Origin: a virus
Strand: one strand, 5' to 3'
DNA: 64,000 nt
IMG/VR virus record: IMGVR_UViG_3300043449_002675
Location: 1 to 64,000 of that record
Both the position numbers and the translations under genes were made by a program. Below are positions 1 to 8,364 of the stretch, piece after piece (within the stretch, counting starts at the first letter, position 1; every line of letters starts with the position of its first letter). Under the pieces are notes generated by a model. The model did no database searches. It had not been told where the DNA came from and saw only the letters and a program-made list of their open reading frames with translations.

Positions 1-101
1 TAATGCTAGTGGGAAGGTATGTCGGGCTGTACCGCCAGCCTTTCCATATTCCGGTTTGCATATCCGCACCGGCATATCGGTATCTAGCAGGAGTTAGAGT
101 T

Positions 102-1031
102 ATGAGCCGTTCTATCCGTACCCGTCAGGTTCGTCAGGTTCGTTCCATGGCCAACGGCCTAGCACGCTGGGATGGTGCCGACGCAATCACCGCCCTGAAT
201 GAGATCGGGGGGAATTGGATTCCCCAGATCGAAACCATCCACCGGCCCGATGGCAGCGTGATTGAAGGCAAGCAGGGGATCATCAATCCCCTTGCCAACA
301 CTCACTTGGGCGTGACCAGCGATTCCTACGCTGGGATTGATAACGGGCTGATTGCGGAAGGCATTACCCGCTTTGCGGATGCGGTAAAAAAGACCTACCG
401 CATCTCCAATGCATATTGCAATGACGGGGGGCGGGTTGTGGGTCTTGAAGCAATCCTAGGGGATGGTTTCCAAGTAGTTCCAAAGGATACTGTTTTCCAG
501 ACTGTTCAGGTTTTCCAAGGCCATGGCGGTAACCTGCCTTTCACCTTCCTGACAGAGATGAAAAGGCTGGTTTGCTCCAATGGTTTGATGATGAAGGTGC
601 CCGGTTTGTCTACTTGCTTCCGCTGCAAGCACACAACAAACGGGCAAGCACGGGTCGAATGGAATTTTGATCTGGTTTCCAAGGCTTTTGCTGAGTCTGC
701 CGACGATATGCGAAACGCCTTCACTACCCTTGCAGCCAAAAGGCTTTCCAAGGAAGGGGCGAGGGAATTCTTCCGCCAGTATGCCCAGACTGTCCTGAAG
801 CAGGACGGGGCAAAACTGGAACAAACTGTATCCGATCTATCCCTTGTTTACGCAATGCCCCGCAATGCGGAAGCAGGCGAAAACCTTTGGGCTGCATTCA
901 ATGCCCTGACAGAGTGGAACCAACACTACGGGTTCCGGTCAGACGAGGCAATGCAGCTGGGCAACCTGACCGGCGCTGCCCTGACGGGCAAGACGAATGC
1001 TTTTGAGTTTGCCTTGGCTCAGGCTGCATAA
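102..1031 (+). CDS. DUF932-family (phage/plasmid TIGR03299-like) protein
   Basis: LGVTSDSYAGIDN, HGGNLPF..RLVCSNGL, KHT and NLWAAFNALTEW motifs typical of DUF932. AGGAG at 89-93 favours ATG 102 over the ORF-track start at 3. GC content is higher than the rest of the window. Confidence 0.8.
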   Translation: MSRSIRTRQVRQVRSMANGLARWDGADAITALNEIGGNWIPQIETIHRPDGSVIEGKQGIINPLANTHLGVTSDSYAGIDNGLIAEGITRFADAVKKTYRISNAYCNDGGRVVGLEAILGDGFQVVPKDTVFQTVQVFQGHGGNLPFTFLTEMKRLVCSNGLMMKVPGLSTCFRCKHTTNGQARVEWNFDLVSKAFAESADDMRNAFTTLAAKRLSKEGAREFFRQYAQTVLKQDGAKLEQTVSDLSLVYAMPRNAEAGENLWAAFNALTEWNQHYGFRSDEAMQLGNLTGAALTGKTNAFEFALAQAA

Positions 1032-1058
1032 CCATAACTAAAAACCTAGAAGGTTTTG

Positions 1059-1084
1059 CCCCCGCCTTCCGGCGGGGGTTTTTT
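1059..1084 (+). terminator. Rho-independent terminator
   Basis: CCCCCGCC-TTCC-GGCGGGGG followed by a T run, just after the DUF932 stop. Confidence 0.9.
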
Positions 1085-1089
1085 ATTAC

Positions 1090-1155
1090 ATATCCATATC
1101 TAATACCTTACATATCCACTATTCCATATCCCACTATTCCATATCTACCTATCTG
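1090..1155. repeat. Degenerate C-rich tandem repeat (CCACTATTCCATATC-like)
   Basis: catatccactattccatatcccactattccatatctacctatc; almost no G on the + strand. Confidence 0.6.
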
Positions 1156-1287
1156 CCTTGTCCACTATATGCGCCACACCAATACTATTCCTACCCGCTT
1201 TGTAGCTTATTAAATCCTTTCCCATTATAAAAAGATATCTCGGTATAACAAAATATATCCCCTACGGCTTTTGAGATTCTTCTAGTC

Positions 1288-1360
1288 TTTAAATTCATTT
1301 ACCTGTGGCTTAGTGTCCAAGCTATTACCCTACTATTTAAATTCGTTTACCTGTGGCTTA
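1288..1360. repeat. 25-bp direct repeat pair TTTAAATTCRTTTACCTGTGGCTTA
   Basis: Copies at 1288-1312 and 1336-1360, one mismatch, separated by 23 bp. Confidence 0.85.
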
Positions 1361-1461
1361 AAGGCCGGACGGATAAACTCCTACGGATTGTAAATATTAC
1401 ACTGGATATATTCCTTCCCTCTGCCGATAATAAGTATGTCCCAATAACAGGAGGCTCAGCA

Positions 1462-1662
1462 ATGGCTCGAATTTCGCTTTTAACGGCACTTGTTCTTTGT
1501 GGCGGCTGTCGTACCTACCAATCCTTTTGTGCGCCTAAAAACGCAAAATGGGGGCTGGAATCGGGTGTTGCAACTAGTGTGTACCCAAACGCACCATACG
1601 ATGGTCATGAGTACCTAGTAGAGAAGATAGATGTCTCTATCAAGTTAAGGAGGGAATGGTAA
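1462..1662 (+). CDS. Small putative lipoprotein
   Basis: AGGAGG RBS; signal peptide MARISLLTALVLCGG|C with a lipobox-like Cys. Confidence 0.6.
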   Translation: MARISLLTALVLCGGCRTYQSFCAPKNAKWGLESGVATSVYPNAPYDGHEYLVEKIDVSIKLRREW

Positions 1663-1739
1663 TGATTGGATATATGATTGGTATGGCCGCTGGCTTGTAT
1701 ATCATCAGTGCAATGAATAGGATTCAGATCAGAGGATAA
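1662..1739 (+). CDS. 25-aa hydrophobic peptide (MIGYMIGMAAGLYIISAMNRIQIRG)
   Basis: TAATG stop/start overlap with the upstream gene, GGAGGG RBS, ends just before a terminator; too short for the ORF track. Confidence 0.5.
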   Translation: MIGYMIGMAAGLYIISAMNRIQIRG

Positions 1740-1740
1740 C

Positions 1741-1778
1741 AAAGACCCGAAAGGTAGCAATATCTTTCGGGTTTCTTT
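1741..1778 (+). terminator. Rho-independent terminator
   Basis: AAAGACCCGAAAGGTA-GCAA-TATCTTTCGGGTTTCTTT. Confidence 0.75.
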
Positions 1779-1805
1779 CCATTCATAATATTTTGTATGA
1801 ATGGC

Positions 1806-1834
1806 TTGACATTGTATTAGGTTAAGTTCATAAT
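1806..1834 (+). promoter_or_regulatory. Sigma70-type early promoter
   Basis: TTGACA-N17-CATAAT upstream of the GGAGG RBS and ATG 1884. Confidence 0.75.
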
Positions 1835-1883
1835 GATTATGGCTGGTGAGTGCCAGCTTCTTTGACAACTAGGAGGGTTTGAG

Positions 1884-2198
1884 ATGGTTACGCAAGTGCG
1901 TGTGGGTGGCGAAGTACGACAGATCGAAACGGGTAACGACCCGTGGGATGTTATGGGTTCCAGCTTCACAGTGACGGATCCTGAGTTTCTCCCAGACGGA
2001 ACAATTAAAGGTGTGGTCAATGAAAACAAACTTGACCAATACACGGTGTTAAATGGGAACTATCGGGTGCATCCGATGAACATACTCGGGGCAATCTTCC
2101 CCATGGTTCTGATCAGGTGGAATGGAAGGAACTGGGTGGGAACCGAGGGAGTCAAGAGCGTCATCCTTTCCGCCGGCAAGATCTTTGGTATCAAGTAA
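1884..2198 (+). CDS. Hypothetical early protein
   Basis: Has its own promoter, GGAGG RBS and terminator. Confidence 0.75.
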   Translation: MVTQVRVGGEVRQIETGNDPWDVMGSSFTVTDPEFLPDGTIKGVVNENKLDQYTVLNGNYRVHPMNILGAIFPMVLIRWNGRNWVGTEGVKSVILSAGKIFGIK

Positions 2199-2219
2199 CA
2201 AAATAACTACCAACACTAG

Positions 2220-2258
2220 AGACCCGACAGGTATACAATACTTGTCGGGTCTTTTTTT
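2220..2258 (+). terminator. Rho-independent terminator
   Basis: AGACCCGACAGGTAT-ACA-ATACTTGTCGGGTCT plus T run; stem related to the one at 1741. Confidence 0.85.
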
Positions 2259-2538
2259 ATCCACACAACATTACAGACAAAGAGAGTATAAATATTTTAC
2301 ATAATAAAGAATTAATTTTGTCTTTTGAAAAACTATACACATTGTGGATATAGGTAGGGGGGAATTCCCAAATGGCTCATTGTTTATTTAACTTAACCCA
2401 TTTTTTCTAAATGCTACGCACACTTTACAAAATTGGAGTAAAATAAAGTAAAACAGACCCCCCTTAAATCTATAAAGAATAAAAAAAGCCGGAATTTAAA
2501 AAAAACCGGCGGGGTAATTTTTTATATGGGGTAGGTTT

Positions 2539-3132
2539 TTATTCTTTTGGTATAGCTTGATTTTTATTAAGTACTTTGATTTGTTTGGGGTCGAAAACAG
2601 CGATATTATTTGCGCCAGTTTCTTGAGTGAGTATTGAGTCGAATCCCATTTTCTTGATATAGTCTATGATTGGTTTGGATTCTACGAATCTCCAGCTTTT
2701 ATTTTCGATTCTCCAGAGTATGTGATCGACTGCATCATCTGTGGTTTGAACGGGTTGATTTGTTTTGTGGTTAGTGAGAGTAGGTGAGATATTGAAGTTA
2801 GCTCCGGTTTCTTCGTCTTTGTATTTAGCTTCTACATTTTGTTTGATGATTGGGATGAGCATTTCTCTATGATCTTTGTTTTGTGGGTTGAATGGATTTT
2901 TAGCATCTAGGCAGGCTGTGAAGACATGTCCTTTGGTTTCATCGCCTGAGAATCCTTGTCCTGTTGCGAAATTATGTGCGAATTGTGGGTTATCGGTGAA
3001 GTAAATAGTGCCGTAGTAGTTTGAGTGTCCGGGGTCGAAGTTATCGAAATCTTTTTGGGTTCCGTGGTAGACGGGTCCAAAGAGTCCGTTGCATTGGTTA
3101 TCTTGTTCATTTAACCATTGTTTAAAATTCAT
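2539..3132 (-). CDS. ADP-ribosyltransferase-like protein (ART-PolyVal type) with capsid-targeting-like N-terminus
   Basis: VYHGT..FDNF, IYFTDNPQFA..FA, LDAKNPF, GFDSI and IAVFDPKQIK motifs; starts MNFKQWLNE. Confidence 0.75.
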   Translation of the reverse strand: MNFKQWLNEQDNQCNGLFGPVYHGTQKDFDNFDPGHSNYYGTIYFTDNPQFAHNFATGQGFSGDETKGHVFTACLDAKNPFNPQNKDHREMLIPIIKQNVEAKYKDEETGANFNISPTLTNHKTNQPVQTTDDAVDHILWRIENKSWRFVESKPIIDYIKKMGFDSILTQETGANNIAVFDPKQIKVLNKNQAIPKE

Positions 3133-3151
3133 AATATTTATATATAAAAAT

Positions 3152-3319
3152 ATGTTAACATTTATGGAATGGTTGAATGAATATAATGCACCTAGGGCTG
3201 GGATGAAGTCTAGGTGGTCTGTAAAATATAAGAAGTCTATTAATTGCAGTAATCCTAAAGGATTTAGTCAGAAGAATTATTGTAAGCGGAAGAAGCGTGG
3301 TGGTGGTTATAAGGGTTAG
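3152..3319 (+). CDS. Small basic phage protein with capsid-targeting-like N-terminus
   Basis: MLTFMEWLNE followed by WSVKYKKSINCSNPKGFSQKNYC; TATATA 5 nt upstream. Confidence 0.7.
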   Translation: MLTFMEWLNEYNAPRAGMKSRWSVKYKKSINCSNPKGFSQKNYCKRKKRGGGYKG

Positions 3320-3615
3320 AGTAAATCGGCTTTGAGTACTTTATATATTTTTGAAGGTAATTTATAATCTTTTCTACCGTTTGGGAATTCGTCATCTAGT
3401 TCTAGGTCTTTTATTGGTACAACGACTTTAACTACGGTGCCATCGCCGTAACCTATATTAGATGGGGTATTGGTGAGGAAGACGTTTGGTTCTTTTCCGA
3501 TGAGTGTGAGGGTATCGAGAATATTTTGTGCTGCGTCTTTGGTGGTATGGTGGTAGAGGGTGGCGGTTTTAGGGCCATTGTTATTTTTTGATTCTAGCCA
3601 GATTTTGAAGTTCAT
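3316..3615 (-). CDS. Putative minimal ADP-ribosyltransferase-fold protein, capsid-targeting-like N-terminus
   Basis: MNFKIWLES; LYHHTTKDAAQNIL...VFLT...YGDGTVVKV pattern of H-type ART/KptA-like folds; TATAAATA immediately upstream. Confidence 0.55.
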   Translation of the reverse strand: MNFKIWLESKNNNGPKTATLYHHTTKDAAQNILDTLTLIGKEPNVFLTNTPSNIGYGDGTVVKVVVPIKDLELDDEFPNGRKDYKLPSKIYKVLKADLL

Positions 3616-3619
3616 GATT

Positions 3620-3641
3620 TATTTATACGCAGGTGTAAATA
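3620..3641. promoter_or_regulatory. Divergent T4-late-like promoters (TATAAATA on - strand, TAAATA on + strand)
   Basis: Boxes lie 4 nt before ATG 3615 (-) and 5 nt before ATG 3647 (+), with no room for an SD. The same architecture recurs more than 12 times. Confidence 0.7.
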
Positions 3642-3646
3642 CTTTT

Positions 3647-4423
3647 ATGTTAGGTTTCAAGCAATTTATTGAAGCAAATAGTCCTGAGTTCAACAGGCGG
3701 GCAGAGATTATATCTGGTGCAGGCAACATAATATTCAATATAAATGATGAAAACAAAAAAAAAGTCATGATTGATTTATATGATTTAAACGATTTTCACA
3801 AAGTAAGAGATGATCGTTATGGTAGTGATAATTTTATGAAGGATATTAGAAAAACAGTTGATGAAAAGGCAGCGGTAGAAAAAGCCAAAGTTGGCGGAGG
3901 TATTTTGGAGATGAAAGACAATCCTGCCAATCTGCATATTTGGTTGGACGATAATCTCAGGGGCAAAGGGGTAGGGGGAATGATTTATGAGATAGCCATG
4001 GAGTATGCCACTGCTCACGGCAAAGCCCTTGTGATGTCTGGTGCCAAGGATGACATGTTTACTAGTAAAAACGCATATAAGGTATGGGATCATTTCTATA
4101 AGAATCGCCAGAACGTAATTCCTGTACCAATAAGCAAATACAGTGGAAATAACAAATACGATAAAATAATAGCACAAAAAATTCTAGACGGTCTCATAGA
4201 CACTGGAAATAGGTTTAATGATCGACGATCAGTCACTCCCGAAGTAATAGAGGAGCTTAAAGAAAAGTATCCGACAGCATTTCATGCTTTTAAGCGTAAT
4301 ATGTATACTATTCCGCATTTGCAAAAGGCTAGGAAGCTAATTGAAATAAACAATATTGACGAGTTGTATAAATATTTTTCTACATTGGTGGATGGAAAAT
4401 ATAAAAAATTCAGTATGGCATGA
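3647..4423 (+). CDS. GNAT-family acetyltransferase, capsid-targeting-like N-terminus
   Basis: Acetyl-CoA motif A LRGKGVGGMIYE plus TSKNAYKVW; starts MLGFKQFIEA. Confidence 0.7.
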   Translation: MLGFKQFIEANSPEFNRRAEIISGAGNIIFNINDENKKKVMIDLYDLNDFHKVRDDRYGSDNFMKDIRKTVDEKAAVEKAKVGGGILEMKDNPANLHIWLDDNLRGKGVGGMIYEIAMEYATAHGKALVMSGAKDDMFTSKNAYKVWDHFYKNRQNVIPVPISKYSGNNKYDKIIAQKILDGLIDTGNRFNDRRSVTPEVIEELKEKYPTAFHAFKRNMYTIPHLQKARKLIEINNIDELYKYFSTLVDGKYKKFSMA

Positions 4424-4435
4424 TTTATATTTATT

Positions 4436-4900
4436 ATGAAGACATTTATGCAATATTTGGTTGAGAATGAGGTAGGGGATTATTTAACTCAGTTGAAAAA
4501 TATGGGTTATACGTTAATGGCGCATCAGACGCATAGGGATATAGCTGACAAAATAATAACTCAGGGATTTGGTGGGAATGCTGGTGTATCTGGGACAGCA
4601 TTGATGACTTCACCTGATGCGGTGCGGCAAGCGATGGAGGCTATGAGGGAGAAGCAGAGTGGTCGTGAGGGTCCGGGATCTGGTTTAGTTCATGGCGGAT
4701 CAGATTCTATAGTATTGATGGCTGTGCCGAAGATGATACAAGGAACACGGGTTAAGGGATTGGATGATATTGATTATTATTTAGGAGAATTGAATTTGGG
4801 CATGAAGGTGCCGAATCAGAACATAATAGGTTATGCAACTTCTGATGGGCAGATGGTGAGGAATCCTAATTTTGATCCTAAGAAATCGCCGTTGCAGTAA
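4436..4900 (+). CDS. Putative ART-fold protein with capsid-targeting-like N-terminus
   Basis: MKTFMQYLVE; AHQTHRDIADKIITQGF resembles the HxT..I...GF start of ART domains (weak). Confidence 0.5.
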   Translation: MKTFMQYLVENEVGDYLTQLKNMGYTLMAHQTHRDIADKIITQGFGGNAGVSGTALMTSPDAVRQAMEAMREKQSGREGPGSGLVHGGSDSIVLMAVPKMIQGTRVKGLDDIDYYLGELNLGMKVPNQNIIGYATSDGQMVRNPNFDPKKSPLQ

Positions 4901-5111
4901 TAAGTTGAATTTTAGATTCTTTAATGCATTTGGTGCAAGCTTTAGTTTTCTTATTATTTAATTTGAATGATTGTAGGTTTGGGAGGAATCTTCTTTTGGA
5001 GATACCTGTGATTTTAACGCCATTTCCTTTGAGGTATTTGGGTTTACCTCTTTTGGATATGGAATAGCCGGTGGTGGGTGATTTGCCGCAAATTTGGCAC
5101 AGTTTTGACAT
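4878..5111 (-). CDS. rpmB: 50S ribosomal protein bL28 (Zn-ribbon form, PVC/Planctomycetota-like)
   Basis: CQICGK...SKRRFLPNLQ...CTKCIK; long RGKPKYLKGNGVKITG loop; AGGAG RBS. Confidence 0.92.
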   Translation of the reverse strand: MSKLCQICGKSPTTGYSISKRGKPKYLKGNGVKITGISKRRFLPNLQSFKLNNKKTKACTKCIKESKIQLITATAIS

Positions 5112-5125
5112 GATTGGACTCCTTT

Positions 5126-5158
5126 CTGCTAATTTAGCAGCTGGGAGATGGTTGTCAA
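5126..5158 (-). promoter_or_regulatory. Sigma70-type promoter of rpmB with overlapping palindrome
   Basis: TTGACA-N16-TAAATT with extended TG; inverted repeat CTGCTAA-N-TTAGCAG at 5126-5140 covers the -10 and start region. Confidence 0.65.
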
Positions 5159-5194
5159 GGGGTTAATTTTCTTTGATGCGCAATAAATACAATT

Positions 5195-5986
5195 ATGCAA
5201 TTTAGACAATGGTTAGAGAGTAAGGGCATATTGATACCGGATGATATAGATTCGGTAATAGATGGTTTAGTGCCTAAGATAATGGAGAAATTGCCGGAAT
5301 CGTTAGGGAATATTGGTAAGGATGTATTAGTGGCATCGAATGTACCTTTGGGAAGTCCTTATGGGATAAAAAGTGATGTAAATGTATATTTGAATTCGGA
5401 TCCTGCAAAAAGGGCTTATGGATTTTATAATACAGGTGGCAAGATTACTATAAATGGGTCGGTTGTTCCGAAGCAAAATTCGGAGAGGCACATTCGGAGA
5501 GCATTGTGGCATGAGTTGGGAGTTCATGCTAGGGATCCAAAACTTTTAAGGCGAGATTTGCGTTCAAAACTCACTGCTGCTCAGAATATGCCTGATTACA
5601 AGGAATATGGAAAGTCTTATTTTCATCAACCTGTAGAAGTTGATGCGCATATTGGTGAAATAGTTCACAGTATAGAAAAGTTTGGCAAGCAGTATAAAGA
5701 TAGGCCGGAATGGGCGATGAGTGTTTTGGATGACACTTTGGCTTATTTGCGAAATCCTAGTTTGGCAAAAAGGACGCAAAGGTTTGGATTATTAGCTGAT
5801 CCAAAATGGCAGGACAAGTTTAAGCAATATTTGGACGATCCGAAGTTAAAAAGATTGATGTTTGATCGTTTGTATAATGCTGTAGCTAGGGCGAAGGAGA
5901 GGATTAAGCCATCTGCTGGCAATCCGGCTTCTGACAGGGCGAAAGAATTTATAAATAAATTACGGGCAAGAAAAAGCATTAAGTAA
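5195..5986 (+). CDS. Zincin-like metallopeptidase, capsid-targeting-like N-terminus
   Basis: MQFRQWLES; GFY..ITIN...ALWHELGVH (HExxH with a one-residue insertion) and downstream YFHQPVEVDAH. Confidence 0.6.
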   Translation: MQFRQWLESKGILIPDDIDSVIDGLVPKIMEKLPESLGNIGKDVLVASNVPLGSPYGIKSDVNVYLNSDPAKRAYGFYNTGGKITINGSVVPKQNSERHIRRALWHELGVHARDPKLLRRDLRSKLTAAQNMPDYKEYGKSYFHQPVEVDAHIGEIVHSIEKFGKQYKDRPEWAMSVLDDTLAYLRNPSLAKRTQRFGLLADPKWQDKFKQYLDDPKLKRLMFDRLYNAVARAKERIKPSAGNPASDRAKEFINKLRARKSIK

Positions 5987-6974
5987 CGTTTGTAAGACCT
6001 GCTGAGACACCTTGAGCGGCACTGGCTGCGGCAGTTGCCGCATCGGTGTGTGTTAGATTTTTAACAAATTTGGATGTCATTTTAGCTGGTGTAATGGATT
6101 GGGTCATATCTTGAGTTGGGGATATGATTGGGACATTTAGATTACTGAGAATTTTATTGACATCATCGGCGTTGACCAAGTTTGTGTTTGTGACTGCTTG
6201 TCCTAGTGCTTGTAAATTATCTGGAGTAGCTAGGGCTTTATATGATTTTCCTATACCTGCGCCTACTGCAAGTCCGATTCCTGTTAGGAAAAGTGCTTTT
6301 GCGATAGGAACTTTATTTTTATTTGCCCATTGCAGAACATTTCCGGCAGCTTGTTTCATTTTTGGACCCAAATAATTTGCGAGTTTTGAGGTATTACCTA
6401 CAAGTTTACCTGCCATGTTTCCTATCATATGTCCGGCGGTATCTCTCCAACCTTCGTCATACTTATTTTGCAAGAAGTTGTGAAATGAGTAATCTTCGTG
6501 GTGAGGAGTTTGTACTCCCATCATTGCAGCGCCTTTATCAAAAGCTTTTCCTGCAAATTTATTCAATTGTTTATCGGCAAAGTAGGTGAGTGCTGCCAAT
6601 GGTACAGCACCGCCGCCACCTGTAAGACCTGCTGCTAATAGTGTAATTGCAAATGTTGGAGATATTCCTAATTTTTTTAGAGTATCTCCCATGGTAGAAG
6701 CTATTTGTGATGCGGTTTTAATGGCAGGTTCTGCTGCCTGCCTATATTTCTCTAAATTTTCTTGATCGAGGAATGTTGGCTGGTTTTTTTGTGTAGCTTG
6801 TTGGCCTTGTTGGTAGCCGGCTCTTAAATTATGGAAGAATCCTTTATTTTGTATTGGACCAGTAGTTTGTTGTGGATTTGCTTGTTGTTGTGCTGGTGCT
6901 TGTGGATTTGCTTGTTGTTGTGCCGGCGGCGGCGGCAATTTTTCTTCAGCAAGGTATTGTTTGAAGCTAATCAT
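5979..6974 (-). CDS. Gln-rich protein with Gly/Ala hydrophobic segments, capsid-targeting-like N-terminus (possible ejection protein)
   Basis: MISFKQYLAE; QQQANPQ repeats; FAITLLAAGLTGGGGAVPLAAL and ALFLTGIGLAVGAGIG segments. Confidence 0.7.
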   Translation of the reverse strand: MISFKQYLAEEKLPPPPAQQQANPQAPAQQQANPQQTTGPIQNKGFFHNLRAGYQQGQQATQKNQPTFLDQENLEKYRQAAEPAIKTASQIASTMGDTLKKLGISPTFAITLLAAGLTGGGGAVPLAALTYFADKQLNKFAGKAFDKGAAMMGVQTPHHEDYSFHNFLQNKYDEGWRDTAGHMIGNMAGKLVGNTSKLANYLGPKMKQAAGNVLQWANKNKVPIAKALFLTGIGLAVGAGIGKSYKALATPDNLQALGQAVTNTNLVNADDVNKILSNLNVPIISPTQDMTQSITPAKMTSKFVKNLTHTDAATAAASAAQGVSAGLTNVT

Positions 6975-7396
6975 TATTTTTGTTGTTGTTGGGGTTGTGG
7001 TTGAGCTTGCTGTTGTTGTTGTTGTTGTTGTTGTTGACCTTGTTGGGGTTGCTGCTGTTGCTGTTGAGGTTGAGGTTTTTGTTGCGGCTGTGCTTTTGCT
7101 TTTAGTTGTTGAATTGCTTGAACGTGTTTTGCAACTTCATTAGGTTTTGCTGCTAATTGTGCAAGTTGTGATACGGTGATTTTTGGCATGAGTGTTTTGG
7201 TTAGATATTCGAAAGTAGTTGCATCTGTTTTTTGCAAAGGTTCCAAAGATTTATTTGCAGTATCTGTAATGGTTTTGAAAAGAGTCTGTAGTTGACCAAC
7301 AGCGTTTTTCATAGCCTGTTGGGGATTTTGCTGTTGAGCCTGTTGCTGTTGGGGTTGTTGTTCAGACAGCATAATAAATTCTTTGAAAGTTTTCAT
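6974..7396 (-). CDS. Poly-Gln protein, capsid-targeting-like N-terminus
   Basis: MKTFKEFIMLSE; Q-rich ends; TAAATA 6 nt upstream; TAATG coupling to the next gene. Confidence 0.75.
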   Translation of the reverse strand: MKTFKEFIMLSEQQPQQQQAQQQNPQQAMKNAVGQLQTLFKTITDTANKSLEPLQKTDATTFEYLTKTLMPKITVSQLAQLAAKPNEVAKHVQAIQQLKAKAQPQQKPQPQQQQQQPQQGQQQQQQQQQQAQPQPQQQQK

Positions 7397-7408
7397 GATA
7401 ATTATTTA

Positions 7409-7663
7409 TTATTTCCCTTCAACTTTTTTCAGTTTTGTGTAGTATTTGGGATCTTCTCTTAGATGGGCAATAGCTATTTTGAGAACATCGGAAGGTCTTT
7501 TGACTACATCGGTATCTTTATCTTTGTTGTGTTCTTTTTCAGTGTTTACGCCGAGTACTAATTCGTTTCTGTCATAGTTGCTTATATTTAGACCGGTATC
7601 CTTTGACATCTTTACAACGTCATCGAAGTTATATCTTTTTAGCCATTCGGTGAATAGTATCAT
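7409..7663 (-). CDS. DUF5661-like phage protein
   Basis: ELVLGVNTEKEH...IAIAHLREDPKYYTKL signature; starts MILFTEWLK. Confidence 0.7.
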   Translation of the reverse strand: MILFTEWLKRYNFDDVVKMSKDTGLNISNYDRNELVLGVNTEKEHNKDKDTDVVKRPSDVLKIAIAHLREDPKYYTKLKKVEGK

Positions 7664-7694
7664 AATTTTATGTACACAGATACGTAAATAATGT

Positions 7695-8096
7695 ATGAAT
7701 TTTAAGTTATGGTTATTGGAAAATGCTGCTGCGCCTCAGGAATTGCCTAATGAGATTCAGGAGTTTATTTATAATCTTGCACCATATGGTCATGCGGTGC
7801 AGATGAGTTTTCCTGCTGCTGCGAAGAGGGCACCGGGAGAATTTATAATGGGTGGGCAGCAGTTTTTGCAGTTGTTGCAGCAATTTTTCAATAGGGCATC
7901 ACAAGCTTTGCGTAATCCTGCATCTCCGGTGGAATACAGAAAGCAGTTAGGGGAATATTTGCAGAAGAATCAGCAGATATTAAATCATTATTTTACAGAT
8001 CCTGAATTTGCCAATCAGACATATGTAATACACACGAATAGACCGGGTCAGCGTTATGCTGAAAATAAATTAAATACTGTATTTCCAGTTTTGTGA
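7695..8096 (+). CDS. Hypothetical protein, capsid-targeting-like N-terminus
   Basis: MNFKLWLLE; TAAATA 4 nt upstream. Confidence 0.75.
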   Translation: MNFKLWLLENAAAPQELPNEIQEFIYNLAPYGHAVQMSFPAAAKRAPGEFIMGGQQFLQLLQQFFNRASQALRNPASPVEYRKQLGEYLQKNQQILNHYFTDPEFANQTYVIHTNRPGQRYAENKLNTVFPVL

Positions 8097-8321
8097 TTTA
8101 TTCCGCCAGTTAATAACACCTGAGCGCATTTTTTGTAGAAATGTCATGCAAAAAGTTATTCTTGGAAGTGTTGAAAAGCAAGAAGACCAGCTAACTGGGC
8201 TGGTGTAGGTAATTTCAGTCATTCTTATATTTGGCGGAATACAACCATTAGGTCCTAAGGAATAGCTTTGAAACGACTTAAAAAGTCTGACATCGCTATC
8301 GGAATGTAGGCGTTTGATCAT
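8070..8321 (-). CDS. Hypothetical protein
   Basis: GGAGG RBS and CTATAGT -10-like box upstream. Confidence 0.5.
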   Translation of the reverse strand: MIKRLHSDSDVRLFKSFQSYSLGPNGCIPPNIRMTEITYTSPVSWSSCFSTLPRITFCMTFLQKMRSGVINWRNKSQNWKYSI

Positions 8322-8364
8322 GTTATCCTCCGTTGACTATAGTGTCTTTTTTGCGAAGTTAAAG

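Noticed and set aside
1288-1360. Possible mini-CRISPR array
   Set aside because: Only two 25-bp copies with a 23-bp spacer, no clear palindrome and no cas operon. The Cas4-like nuclease is about 59 kb away and is a common stand-alone phage gene.
1423-1430. Sigma28-like -10 element GCCGATAA before the lipoprotein gene
   Set aside because: No TAAA -35 at the expected spacing and only one instance noticed upstream of a gene; not enough support.
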